Positions 42,749-53,158 are shown, counted from the stretch's first letter. The stretch: DNA of 64,000 nucleotides from an uncultured Gemmatimonadaceae bacterium (GCA_963761305.1 CAVXGK010000002.1:224001-288000); one strand, 5' to 3'. A program made the numbers and translations. The notes: generated by a model not told the origin, from the letters alone.

Positions 42749-44203
42749 TTACGACTCGTCCGCGAGCGCCAGCCACAGCGTGACCGATGCACCGCCGAGT
42801 CGTTCGCGCCCGGTCGGCGCGTCCTCTTCGGCGTCGACGGTCAGGTCCCCGCCCATGATGCGGGCCATACGTCGGCTCATCGCCAGACCGATCCCGAACC
42901 CTGGTGCGAGCGCGCGCGCGGTGGGAACACGCGCGTACTCCTCGAACACGCGCTCCCGCCAATCAGACGGGATACCAGGCCCTGAGTCCTGCACGGTCAC
43001 GCTCGCCCATCGGCGAGCGTCGCGCGTACGCGTGGTGACGTAGACGCGAACGCGCCCGCCGCGCGGCGTGTACTTGCTCGCGTTCGAGAGCAGGTTGTCC
43101 ACGATGTGACGAACACGCGCCGTGTCGCCCATCGCGCGCAATTGGGAGGCCGCGTTGAGCTCGACGGTCTGTTCCTTGGCGCCCGCCATGAAGCTGTGAT
43201 CGTCGGCCGCGGCACGGGTCAACGTGACGAGGTCGATGGGAGTCGCGTTGAGCACGAGTTCACCCGTGTCGCTGCGGGCGAGGGTGAGCAGCGACGCGAC
43301 CGTATCGCTCGCACGCTTGGTGAGCCGGCGAACGCGGAGCAGCGCGTCGCGCTGTTCGTCGGCCTTGGTGACGCCCTCGAGCATCAGGTCCACATTGCCG
43401 AGCGCGGCGCCGAGGGGATTTTGCAGGTCGTGCGAGATGCCTCGCATGAACGCGCTCTTCTGATCCATCGCGGCGGCGAGCGCGCGCCGATCCCGCTCCG
43501 CAGTCTCGGCGAGGCGCACCATGTGCCGGCCGGCGCGCACGACGAGGACGCACGCTAGGAGAGCGAGAGGAGCCAGGAAGAGCGTGATGAGCACGTCGAC
43601 GCGCTCCCACCGGCGCACGTCCGTGCGCGCCGAAACTCCCAATTGGTCCAGCCGCTGCACGAGGTGGCGCGCGGCAGTGATCGCGGTGTCGCCGTCCATG
43701 CGAGCGGTGTCGAGGACGGCCGAATTGGGAGAGACTGTCATCGACGATACGTCGTCGTGCCAGCGCGTGGACGCTTCACGATATTCGGCGAACCGCTCGA
43801 GGGCGTCGGCAGTGGAATACTGAAGCAGCGAGTCGAGCGCCAGGGCGCCGCGGTGTTCCGCGGCCAGTGCGGCGGCGTACCGCTGATCGGCGCTCGGCAA
43901 GCCCGAAGGCCCGCGCATCCCGATCGCGAACATCTGCTCGGCCAGGAACGACGTGACGTCGGTGGCGCGAAGCCGCGCAGGATCGATGAAGTCGGTGACC
44001 ATGGCGCGCTGGGCCTGAACGCGCGCGGTCACCACGACGGGCACGATCACGAACATGGCGAGCACGACGATGACCACGACCAGCGGAATCCACAGGGCGC
44101 GCGTCGACGGGCCGATCGGTTCGGCCGCTCGTGGCGTGGACCCGTTGTGCTCGACGGCGCTGATCGTAGCTTGCTCCTCCGGCGGCGAGATCGTACACCG
44201 CAC
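42749..44203 (-). CDS. Membrane sensor histidine kinase; start uncertain
   Basis: Two TM helices; SHDLQNPL, NLLSNASKYT, QDSGPGI, GFGIGL. Confidence 0.88.
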   Translation of the reverse strand: MRCTISPPEEQATISAVEHNGSTPRAAEPIGPSTRALWIPLVVVIVVLAMFVIVPVVVTARVQAQRAMVTDFIDPARLRATDVTSFLAEQMFAIGMRGPSGLPSADQRYAAALAAEHRGALALDSLLQYSTADALERFAEYREASTRWHDDVSSMTVSPNSAVLDTARMDGDTAITAARHLVQRLDQLGVSARTDVRRWERVDVLITLFLAPLALLACVLVVRAGRHMVRLAETAERDRRALAAAMDQKSAFMRGISHDLQNPLGAALGNVDLMLEGVTKADEQRDALLRVRRLTKRASDTVASLLTLARSDTGELVLNATPIDLVTLTRAAADDHSFMAGAKEQTVELNAASQLRAMGDTARVRHIVDNLLSNASKYTPRGGRVRVYVTTRTRDARRWASVTVQDSGPGIPSDWRERVFEEYARVPTARALAPGFGIGLAMSRRMARIMGGDLTVDAEEDAPTGRERLGGASVTLWLALADES

Positions 44204-44382
44204 TCGCCAGAGCGTTCGGGGCTCGGGCGTGGGGCCTGGGTTCGCAAATGACGGCCCGTCGAACACCGGCGGAGGCCCGCTTAGCGTGTCGCCTCGGCCG
44301 TTGAGCCCGAGTGTGCGCGGGGCGGAACGTGATGCCTGGCTGTGGGATACGTATGGTCGAACCAATAACGATGAGGATCTTA

Positions 44383-44505
44383 ATGCGTAAAGTGATGGCA
44401 GCCGCGCTACTTGTGTTGGCGGCGACGGCGATGGCGGCGTGCAAGAAGGGCGGTGCCGGCGGTTACATCCAGTCGGCGCCCGCGCCGGTGTCGGTCGCGC
44501 GTTGA
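44383..44505 (+). CDS. Small (40 aa) lipoprotein
   Basis: GAGGA RBS; MRKVMAAALLVLAATAMAAC lipobox. Confidence 0.55.
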   Translation: MRKVMAAALLVLAATAMAACKKGGAGGYIQSAPAPVSVAR

Positions 44506-45537
44506 GCGCGCGCAAGCGTCGCCGGCGTGAACGGTTTCTGCACGAACGCGGCGCCGGCGTCGATGACCCCGTGCCGCACCACGGCGGTCGGCGTGTACCC
44601 CGACATATAGAGCACCGTGAGCCGCGGGCGGATCGCCCGCAGCCGCTCGGCCATTTCTCGCCCCCCAGTGCGCGGCAGCATGACGTCGGTGAGCACGAGA
44701 TGAATCACGCCGTCGTGGCGCTGGGAGGCGAGCACAGCTTCGCCGACGTCCGCAGCCTCGAGAACGGTGTATCCGTTGTCTCGAAGAATTCGGCTCGCCA
44801 ACGACCGAACCCCCGCTTCGTCGTCGACGACCAGCACCGTCTCCTCACCCGCGAGACTCGCCCCGGTTCTGAGATCAGCGGCAACGGCGGTGTCGTCGTT
44901 CGCCGTCGCGACGGGGAAGTAGAGGCGGAACGTCGTGCCTTTCCCGAGCTCGCTCCCGACCCGGCTCGCCGGCGCCGCGGATCTCGTCGAGGATGTCGAG
45001 CATGGGGTCCTCGGTCGCCAGATCGGCGGCGAGCATTCCCGTGTAGCCGAGGATGACGCTCAACAGGTTGTTGAAGTCGTGCGCCATGCCGCCGGCCAGA
45101 CTGCCCAGCGCCTCCATCTTCTGGGCGTGCTGGAGACGACGCTCGGCGCCGCGCATCGCGTGTACGCCGATGATCACCGGAACGCGGCGGCCGTCTCGGT
45201 GCAGCAGCTCGGCTTCCCACGGTGCCGCGACTCCCGTGCGCTTGAGCGCGTCGAGGGCTACGCGGTGGGCGTCGGCCCACTCCGGCGGCGTCCGCTCGGA
45301 CCACTTCACCGCGCCGGCGTCGAACTCGTCTCGACTGAAACCGACGAGGCTCAGGAAAACATCATTTGCCTCGAAGGTGTCGCCGTGGACGTTGCCGATG
45401 CACACGCCGACGATGCCGGATTCGGCGAGCTGCGCGAACCGCGCTTCGCTCGAACGAATGGCGTGGGTCGACGTGCCGTGCTCGGGGCGCAGAGACGTCA
45501 TTGACGCCAACATACTAGCGCCTCGGCCCGGTGCCAA
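44463..45537 (-). pseudogene. PAS-HisKA-REC hybrid kinase remnant with internal deletion
   Basis: [19 protein letters not shown] joined out of frame to [14 protein letters not shown] near 44960; REC LVVDDE/LTDVMLP/KPF. Confidence 0.8.
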
Positions 45538-45639
45538 CCGGCGAGCGGTCAGAACCCATCTGTAGGCGCTCTATATTAAAATGCTATTAAACATTAAGAG
45601 TCTCTTTAAAGGAAAACGAAGGCAGCGAGCGCGGCCGCG

Positions 45640-47490
45640 TCACTGTCCCGCCGGCAGCCGGAAGATCGCCAACTGGGGTTTGAGCGTCGCCGGGAACGGC
45701 GCGCCGCCCGGACCTGAGAATTGTATGGAAACGGTCGCCGCCGTCGCCGGCGTGTCGAGGCGGAAATACGACGACGTACCCGGGTCGAGGATCGCGATCG
45801 ACGTGTCGGCGGTGATCGGGAACAGCGCCAACGGATCCGGCACCGGGATGTCGGTCTCGTTCGACGTTACGAAGAGACGATCCCACAGCTGTTTCACGTT
45901 CCGCGTGACGAACCGATTGGCCGCCGGCGCCGTCGTACGGGGCAAGCCCGGCAGGCTGTCGGTGTAGAGCGAAAGCCCGAAATTGGCGAACAGCGTCGGG
46001 AACGACTGCCCCGTGGTCGCTTCGATGTTCGCCACGCCCGTCTGCGAGCTCTGGTCGAGCTTCTTGAAGATGCTCGTGCCCATCTGGTCGCCAAGCCAGC
46101 GCATGAGCAGCCAGTCGCCGCCGCGCCACGAGAATCCGTCGTCCGAATCGCTGTGCAACGTCACGCTCGCTGTGTCGGGCAGCAGCGCGTACTGATAAGA
46201 GTCGTACAGAAAATCTTCGACGAAGCCTTGCGCCGAGTCGGGAAAGAGCTGCGACGGATCGCTGCGGCACGCCGTCCCGGGGCACCGCGTTTCATAGTAG
46301 AGCGACCCGAGCTCCTCGGCGACGATGCTCAGCCCCTCGTCGAGCCATCCGTACTCCGGCGCTCCCTGGTGCACGACGACGTGCTGCGAAAACGAGATCA
46401 GGTGCTGCAGCTCGTGCAGGAAGGTGCTCGGCACGGAGAAGCCGACGTCGTCCGTCGTGTGGGCGCAACTGAATTTGCCGGTCGGATCGGGGACGATCGA
46501 GTAGAAGATCTCACCCTGGTTGGAATTCGGATCGAGCGGTCCGCCGCCGAGGTCTTCGTCGTCGAAGAATCCGGCGACGTAGCCCTGGGTCTGACACTCA
46601 TCCGTCGTCACCAGCGCGTTTACCGCCGGCGACATCAGCATGATCACGTGACCGTTCTGGTCGATGTCGCTCGGCACGCCGAACGCGGTGGTGTCGATCG
46701 GATAAAGCGTCTGGTCGAAGTACGCGCCGAATGCCTGGATCTGCGCGGGAGTAAAGCCGCTCGCCGCCGCCGTCGTGTCGATGTACACGAGCACGTTTGC
46801 CCCGGCGTACGTGAGCCTCGCGGTGGCCGTCGTAAACGAGTTGCCGTCCGCCGTGAGGACGCGGAACGCCCGCGTGCTTCCCACCACCGGCACGGTGCCG
46901 ACGACACTGGCCGATCGAGACAGCGATGCGCGCGCACGCGAGCCCGAGCCCATCACCGGCCATTTTCTCGTGGCGAGGCTCCGCCGCGCGCGTGCATGCA
47001 GCGCGCCGGAGAATCGACGTTGCACGATGCCGGGACTCGCGGCGTTGGCGCGCCGCGGAGTGAGACCGAAACGCGCCGCGTTCAGCCGCGACGCGGAGAA
47101 GCGGCTGGCCGACGGCGCGAACGAGGCGGAGATCGCCGTGCCCGAGCTCAGTCGATAGTTCACGAACGTGTCGGGGACGAGATCGACGGGGAACTGCGTC
47201 AGGATCAGGTAGCTCGCGCCGTTGCCGGCGAGCGTCACCGTGGTGCCGCCGTTGCTGCAGTCCACGCGCGTGGCGGTGGCGACGGCCAGTTGCACCGTTC
47301 CGGTCGGAGCGCACGGCGACAACTTGAAGGAGTTGGATCCGGTCCCGGTGGGGACCGTTGTCGGTGTATCGGAGTTCGAGCAGGCCGCCGCGGCGAAGAC
47401 TGCGGTCGCGGCGAGCAAGACAAGGGAAGAGCGCGCGACGGAGCGCGGCAGCGAGGTGCGCGGGGGCACGAAGAGTCGTCGAGTATGCAT
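45640..47490 (-). CDS. Lipoprotein zinc metallopeptidase (M30/hyicolysin-like)
   Basis: Lipobox AAAC; SDIDQNG; HELQH...WLDEGLS. Confidence 0.78.
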   Translation of the reverse strand: MHTRRLFVPPRTSLPRSVARSSLVLLAATAVFAAAACSNSDTPTTVPTGTGSNSFKLSPCAPTGTVQLAVATATRVDCSNGGTTVTLAGNGASYLILTQFPVDLVPDTFVNYRLSSGTAISASFAPSASRFSASRLNAARFGLTPRRANAASPGIVQRRFSGALHARARRSLATRKWPVMGSGSRARASLSRSASVVGTVPVVGSTRAFRVLTADGNSFTTATARLTYAGANVLVYIDTTAAASGFTPAQIQAFGAYFDQTLYPIDTTAFGVPSDIDQNGHVIMLMSPAVNALVTTDECQTQGYVAGFFDDEDLGGGPLDPNSNQGEIFYSIVPDPTGKFSCAHTTDDVGFSVPSTFLHELQHLISFSQHVVVHQGAPEYGWLDEGLSIVAEELGSLYYETRCPGTACRSDPSQLFPDSAQGFVEDFLYDSYQYALLPDTASVTLHSDSDDGFSWRGGDWLLMRWLGDQMGTSIFKKLDQSSQTGVANIEATTGQSFPTLFANFGLSLYTDSLPGLPRTTAPAANRFVTRNVKQLWDRLFVTSNETDIPVPDPLALFPITADTSIAILDPGTSSYFRLDTPATAATVSIQFSGPGGAPFPATLKPQLAIFRLPAGQ

Positions 47491-47848
47491 CGTCCAGTCG
47501 ATGGTTGGAAGGGACGCGCCTGCCCCCCGGCGGCCGGATCCCTCGCATGAATGACACGCCAGCCAGGCGTCGCCCCGGCCGTACAGGGTGGACGCCCGCC
47601 AGGCGCGTCTTGTTAGTGCTGCTAGTGCTTAGTGCCTGAGATCGACGACGCGTTTGGCCTTTCCGGCCGGTCGATCGATGCCGCCGGGCCCGACGAGCCT
47701 CAGCCCCACCGTTCTCAGCGGGTCCCAAACGCGCCGAACGTTGGCCGCCGACGCCAGTCTCGACGGCACTAAATCTGCTCGACGTCGTTGCGATTCGTGC
47801 AAGAGCGAGAGTAAGGTCTTACCTCACAACTGTTCATCGAGGACACTC

Positions 47849-48391
47849 ATGGCGTCATCGTCGTCGAGCTACGAGAGCGTCGCGGTTCGCGACCCGCAGA
47901 TCGGCGCGGGCAAGCGACTCGCGGTGACGAGCGAGTCGATCAAGGACGGCGAGGTGATCGGACGCGATCACGTCTTCACCGGGTGCGGCGGGAAGAATCA
48001 GTCGCCGCCGCTCGCGTGGAGCGGTGCTCCCGAGGGGACGAAGAGTTTCGCCATTACGTGCTTCGATCCTGATGCACCGACCGGCTCCGGATACTGGCAT
48101 TGGCTCACGTGGGGGATTCCCGCGTCGGTGACGAAGCTCGACGCGGGTGCCGGCACCGGTCGCGCGCCGGCGGGCGGCCGCGGCGGGTACAGTGATTTCG
48201 GCCTGTCGACGTACGCCGGTCCCTGTCCGCCAAAGGGCGACGGCGAACACCGGTACATCTTCACCGTCTACGCGCTCGACGTCGACACGCTCGACGGCGC
48301 CAACGACCGCACGACGGGCGCGTCGGTCGTGTTCCAACTGCGCCGGCACGTGCTCGCGTCGGGTGCGATCACCGGACGGTTCGGCCATTGA
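47849..48391 (+). CDS. YbhB/YbcL (PEBP/RKIP-like) protein
   Basis: SPPLAWS, FDPDAPTGSGYWHW, GPCPP.GDG.HRY.FTVYAL. Confidence 0.93.
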   Translation: MASSSSSYESVAVRDPQIGAGKRLAVTSESIKDGEVIGRDHVFTGCGGKNQSPPLAWSGAPEGTKSFAITCFDPDAPTGSGYWHWLTWGIPASVTKLDAGAGTGRAPAGGRGGYSDFGLSTYAGPCPPKGDGEHRYIFTVYALDVDTLDGANDRTTGASVVFQLRRHVLASGAITGRFGH

Positions 48392-48406
48392 CGCCCTGAA
48401 AAGAAC

Positions 48407-48437
48407 AACCCTGGAGTGCGGGTGGCACCCCAGGGTT
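48407..48437. terminator. Stem-loop, putative terminator between convergent genes
   Basis: aaccctggagtgc...gcaccccagggtt. Confidence 0.55.
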
Positions 48438-48601
48438 GGTCGGCTCGGACGAGCCCACCGCGTGGGCTACGACCGCTGTGCTCAGCGGCGCCGAGCCTTT
48501 GTCGAAAATGCTGCTCCAGACACAGCGCGATCCCGACGCGAGGGCAGACCTCACGTCGCCACCGCGCGTCACATCCGACGCGCTCGCTCCCGCTCGCCAG
48601 G

Positions 48602-49693
48602 CTAGAAGACGCGAATCGCCAGCGACGATGGGCCGGATCCCACCGAAATGCTGTCGCTGAGTGCGTATGTGGCGGCCTTGAAGACGAACACGTACGGCGG
48701 AAGGCTTTGCGTCGGGCTGCCGAAGAAGGCCTGGTAGACGTTCCCCTCCTTGTCCGTCGTCGTCGCGAACGCGCCTCGGCAGCTCCCGTCCGGCAGCTTG
48801 GCGCAGACCCCGTTGCTCGGGGGCCGCACGAACTGCTGCGTCTTCGTGTTCCAGATGGCCGTGCCGAAGAAGAAGCCGGAGATGTACGCCAGCCCCGTCT
48901 GGTCCACGAAGATCGCGCCCGGTCCGACCCCGATGTCGGCCACCGTCGTCACGACCTGCATCGTGGCACCGTTGAGAACGGTGAGACTGCCGGGGTTCAC
49001 GAAATCGCCCGTGTTCACGACGTAAAGCAGACCGTCCGGGCCGACGCCGATGTCGGTCGAGTTCGTCCCGCCCATGGTCGCCGTGCCGAGGACCTTCATC
49101 GTCGCCGGGTCGATCGCCGTGACGATGCCGTTCCCGATCGGCTCGAAGTTCTCGTCGAGGTTCGACGACAGAACGAACGCTCGGCCGCCCGTGACGGCGA
49201 CGGCCGTCGGCTGCGGCGCGACGGTCACCGTATTGGTGATCGCGGTGGCGGTCTGTCCGGTCGTGAAACGGCCCGCGACGTTCGTCAGCAGGTTGGCCGC
49301 GATGATGGTCGTGTCGTCCACGAACGCCGATCCGGTGGCGTTCCCCGACGCAAAGGTGAAGAACCGCTTTACCGTGCCCAACTGAAGATCGATCACCGCG
49401 ACCGAGGCCGCGTCGCCCAGCGGGACCGCCGCCTGCCGCCCGCGCACGGACATGCCCGTCGGCGTGATCGTGGTGCTGGTGCCGAGCGCCACCTGCTGCT
49501 GCGTCGAAGGACTGCCGTGCTGAAACAGCGTGACGCTGCGGCTGAGCGAGTTCACGACGACGCCGACTTCGTGGTCGCTCGACGTGCCGCCGAGAAATCC
49601 CGGAGCGATCGGCGCGGTAGTGTCGTCCGAGCAACTCAGCGTGAATGCGACGGCGGCGGTGAGTCCGACAAGGCGAATTGGAAAGCGGTGCAT
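48602..49693 (-). CDS. YncE-type beta-propeller lipoprotein, putative BtuG-like cobalamin-binding protein
   Basis: Lipobox FTLSC; propeller repeats (AFVLSS, LLYVVNTG, VGSGP); directly downstream of btuB. Confidence 0.72.
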   Translation of the reverse strand: MHRFPIRLVGLTAAVAFTLSCSDDTTAPIAPGFLGGTSSDHEVGVVVNSLSRSVTLFQHGSPSTQQQVALGTSTTITPTGMSVRGRQAAVPLGDAASVAVIDLQLGTVKRFFTFASGNATGSAFVDDTTIIAANLLTNVAGRFTTGQTATAITNTVTVAPQPTAVAVTGGRAFVLSSNLDENFEPIGNGIVTAIDPATMKVLGTATMGGTNSTDIGVGPDGLLYVVNTGDFVNPGSLTVLNGATMQVVTTVADIGVGPGAIFVDQTGLAYISGFFFGTAIWNTKTQQFVRPPSNGVCAKLPDGSCRGAFATTTDKEGNVYQAFFGSPTQSLPPYVFVFKAATYALSDSISVGSGPSSLAIRVF

Positions 49694-49761
49694 GGCTATT
49701 TCGTGGTGAGTGAGTACGGTCGTGACAGAGTGTCCAAACGGTGAGCCTGATTCGCGCGCCG

Positions 49762-51975
49762 CTACGTGGTGTCTCCGATTCCTCTCCGGCTCGTGCGGAG
49801 ACCGAACGTCCAGCGTCGCCCGCCGAAGGGGAAATCGACGAGCATCGACGCCGGTCGATCGAAGACGTTTTCGACGCCGAGCATTCCCTCGAGACGCCAG
49901 TTGGCGCGCACGAGTGGCACGGCCAGATGGACGTCGGTGAGCCAGTAGGGTTCGAGCGAGTTGAGATCGGTGCCTGCGACGGTGCGCCGGCTGCCGACGT
50001 AGCGCGTCTCGACGTCGAGGCGCGCGAACGACCGCGCGACCGACTCGGTGACGCGCGCCGTGACCCGCGGGCGGTAGATGACTTGCCCCGTCTGCGCCGG
50101 ACCGACGTACGTCACGTCGGTGTGGTCGACGCTTCCGCCGATCGCCGCGCCCGAGAAGGTCGGCACCGAGAGTCGGCCGCCGAGTTGCCAGCCGGAGCGG
50201 CGCACGTCGACGTTCGCGGGGCTCCAGATGAACCGGAAATCCGGCGCCCAGAGGACCATGCCGTGGACGTCGGCGCGGAACACGGCCGCGTCGCCGCTGA
50301 GTGTCGCAACGCCGAGCGAGAAGTCGCGGACGGCGGCGCGAAGCTCCGTCTCGCCGCGCGTGCGCTCGGGCGCGAGCGACGGATTCGCCTTGACGAGCAC
50401 CCCTTCGTGGAAGAACTGATCGGCGAGCGAGGGCGGGGAATAGCCGTTGCCGATCGAACCGGAGAGCGAGGCGACGCCGCGAGTGACCTCGACCGACGCG
50501 CGCGGCGAGTTCGCGGTGGCGGCGAGGAGATCGTCGTGGTCGACGCGATCGTTGAGCGTCGCGGCAAGTCCGACGACGCCGAGGTCGCGCTCGGAGCGGA
50601 GATTCGCGTACGCGCCGACGATGCGCTGCAAACGAGGCGATCCGGGAGCCAACGACGTCGACGTCACGTCGATCTGCCGCGCGTCGGCACCCAGCGTCGC
50701 GTCGCCGATCGCGCTCGTCGCCCTGGCCGATGTCGCGCCGTGCGCTTCGGTGGCCCTCAGCACGTCGTCGTACGACGACCCGAACGGCGGCGTGGGGTCG
50801 GAGAAGTGAGCGTAGTCGCGCGAGACGCTTGCGGACCCGTCGAACGACAACGTGCCGGGGACCGACGTGAACTCGAGCGCGGCGGACGAGTGATTCTCGT
50901 CGTCGCGCCCCGTCAGCGACGGTTGCACGATGCTGCCGGCGACGCCTCGATCCGTCGAGTGCCAATCGGCCCGAAGGCGCAGGGCTCCGAGCGCGCCATC
51001 GAAGCCGCCGACGCCAAGCAGGTTCGTCGTCGACGCGTCGGAGTTGGCGCGACTCGCCGTGCCGCCGCCGCGAACCGCCGGCACGTCGTACGTGAAGTCC
51101 CCCTGAATCGTGCGACGCTCGGCGGAAACCAGCCCGCTGGGGCCGGAACCCGAATGCGCCGCGTCGCCGATGGACCCGCCGATCGCCCGCTCACCCCACG
51201 AGCCGGCGTCCATCGACAGCGATCCTTCGCCGGCGGCGCGACGCGTCTCGACGACGATCGCGCCCGCAAGCGCGCGCCCGCCGAAGCGCGACGACTGCGC
51301 GCCCTCGAGCACTGTGACCCGCTCGACGGTGGCGAGTGACAACTGGGAGAGATCGGCGACGCCGGTGAGCGGCGAGTTGGCGACGACGCCGTCGACGACG
51401 ACGAGCACCTCCGCTGCGCTCGATCCGCGGATCGACGCCTCAGTAGGTTGACCCGGGCCGCCGCTGCGCGTGACGACGAGCCCCGGTACCGCCGAGAGCA
51501 GCTCGCCCACGTCGTGGCGGCCGGAGGCCTCGATGGCCGCGCGGTCGAACGTGACTGCGTTTCGGTCGGCGTCGTTGCGTCGCGCCGAGCTCACGACCGT
51601 CGAGAGTTGCGCGGGGGTGGGTGTGAGTGAGGCGTCGAGCGTCGCCGTGCGGCCGTTCTCGATCGCGACGTCGCGCCGCAGCGGCGAATAGCCGACGGCG
51701 CGGACGGTGACCGTGTACGTCTGCGGCTCGAGCCCACGCAGGACGAACGAACCGTCCGCCTCGGCCCGCGCGAACTCGGCGCGGTCGGCGATCTCGATGC
51801 GCGCGCCGGAGAGGGCGCGCCCGGTCGTCGCGTCGGTGACGCGGCCGCGCAGTTCGCCCGGCACCTGTGCGGTCGCACGCGGTGCCATGAACAGGAACGC
51901 CAGCACGCACGCCGCGGCGCCGAGCGATCGCGTCGCTCGACGAACATGGCAGGCCATACCGGCGTCCAAAAACAT
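49762..51975 (-). CDS. btuB: TonB-dependent cobalamin receptor
   Basis: Plug motifs SIRG, VLVVVDG, ERVTVLEG...GAI; NPSLAPE; ENVFD; upstream cobalamin riboswitch. Confidence 0.82.
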   Translation of the reverse strand: MFLDAGMACHVRRATRSLGAAACVLAFLFMAPRATAQVPGELRGRVTDATTGRALSGARIEIADRAEFARAEADGSFVLRGLEPQTYTVTVRAVGYSPLRRDVAIENGRTATLDASLTPTPAQLSTVVSSARRNDADRNAVTFDRAAIEASGRHDVGELLSAVPGLVVTRSGGPGQPTEASIRGSSAAEVLVVVDGVVANSPLTGVADLSQLSLATVERVTVLEGAQSSRFGGRALAGAIVVETRRAAGEGSLSMDAGSWGERAIGGSIGDAAHSGSGPSGLVSAERRTIQGDFTYDVPAVRGGGTASRANSDASTTNLLGVGGFDGALGALRLRADWHSTDRGVAGSIVQPSLTGRDDENHSSAALEFTSVPGTLSFDGSASVSRDYAHFSDPTPPFGSSYDDVLRATEAHGATSARATSAIGDATLGADARQIDVTSTSLAPGSPRLQRIVGAYANLRSERDLGVVGLAATLNDRVDHDDLLAATANSPRASVEVTRGVASLSGSIGNGYSPPSLADQFFHEGVLVKANPSLAPERTRGETELRAAVRDFSLGVATLSGDAAVFRADVHGMVLWAPDFRFIWSPANVDVRRSGWQLGGRLSVPTFSGAAIGGSVDHTDVTYVGPAQTGQVIYRPRVTARVTESVARSFARLDVETRYVGSRRTVAGTDLNSLEPYWLTDVHLAVPLVRANWRLEGMLGVENVFDRPASMLVDFPFGGRRWTFGLRTSRRGIGDTT

Positions 51976-52088
51976 GAAACCCGTCCTGGCTCGATCGAGA
52001 GCGGGGACGGGGCGAAGGAGAGGGCACCGGGAGTCGGCGACTTCGCGTTCGACCCCGCGCCCCTCCCTCGAGGGGTTCTGTGCGGGAA

Positions 52089-52268
52089 TGAACGGGGACG
52101 GTCTCCTGGCTCGAGACAGTCTGGCTCGCCTTCCCAGCGCCGAACGCGCCAGTGGACATTGAGCAGACCTGGTCCGCGAACGACGACGAATCGTCGGTCG
52201 CGAAGTCTCTTACAGTGGCGGGGCCGCGCCGGATTCGCACCGGCTTCCTACAGCTTGCCCCCGTTCAC
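52089..52268 (-). promoter_or_regulatory. Cobalamin (AdoCbl) riboswitch
   Basis: Minus strand: AGGAAGCCGGTGCGAATCCGGCGCGGCCCCGCCACTGT, CCACTG...GGGAAGG, AGCCAGGAGACC (B12 box); P1 gtgaacgggg/ccccgttcat. Confidence 0.93.
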
Positions 52269-52325
52269 GTGGTTCGGTTGTGAAGGGGACTCTACACGGA
52301 GTTGGTCGCGGTGCGCAAGTCGGTC

Positions 52326-52450
52326 GACCGGTAGACCGGTAGACCGGTAGACCGGTAGACCGGTCAGATTTCAGAAGCACAGTTCGCTGTTGTCCTGTCC
52401 ACCCGTCCACCACCCGTCCACCACCCGTCCACCCGTCCACCTGTCCGCCC
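52326..52450. repeat. Octamer repeats (GACCGGTA)x5 and degenerate CCCGTCCA units
   Basis: Read directly; same units as at 18544, 21844 and 34880. Confidence 0.9.
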
Positions 52451-53041
52451 ATGACAGAACTCGAATCAGTCTGTGTTTTCTGCGCCTCGAGCCTCGGCGC
52501 GCGGCCGCTGTACGCGGAATCGGCGCGAGGCTTCGGTGCGGCGCTCGCGGCGCGCGGGATCACTCTCGTTTTCGGCGGCGGTTGTGTGGGGCTCATGGGC
52601 GAGCTGGCCGACGCGACGCTCGCGGCGGGTGGACGCGCGATCGGGGTGATTCCTCGGCCGCTGGTTGAACGCGAGATCGCGCACCGCGGGCTCACCGCAC
52701 TGCACGTCGTCGAGACCATGCACGAGCGCAAGCAGTTGATGGCGGATCTCGCCGGTGCGTTCGTGATGCTGCCGGGTGGATTCGGAACGTGGGACGAGTT
52801 CTGCGAGGTCGCCACTTGGGCGCAGCTCGGCATCCACCAGAAGCCGCTTGGCGTGTTGAACGTCGGCGGCTACTACGATCCGATGCTCGCGATGGCCGAC
52901 CGCGCCGTGGCCGAGGGCTTCGTGAACGCCGTGCGTCGCGACAACCTGGTCGTGGACGACGACGGGACGCGCCTCCTCGATCGCCTCGAGACCGTCCCGA
53001 GGCTCACCGAGGTGAAATGGGTGCCGGCTGTCGCCCCGTAA
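52451..53041 (+). CDS. LOG-family nucleotide phosphoribohydrolase
   Basis: VCVFCAS, GGG.VGLMG, MHERK, PGGFGTWDE. Confidence 0.93.
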   Translation: MTELESVCVFCASSLGARPLYAESARGFGAALAARGITLVFGGGCVGLMGELADATLAAGGRAIGVIPRPLVEREIAHRGLTALHVVETMHERKQLMADLAGAFVMLPGGFGTWDEFCEVATWAQLGIHQKPLGVLNVGGYYDPMLAMADRAVAEGFVNAVRRDNLVVDDDGTRLLDRLETVPRLTEVKWVPAVAP

Positions 53042-53158
53042 GGGACAACGAAGGGCGATTTCGCAGCGGATTGACCCGGGCGGTGCGTTTCTCAATTATC
53101 ACGTCGGATGGGTCGGCGTGCCGACCTGCTGATTTGCACACGATTCTCGGGGGACACC

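Noticed and set aside
47612..47636. TAGTGC x3 short repeat in a divergent spacer
   Set aside because: Too short to separate from chance or slippage; no cognate regulator visible
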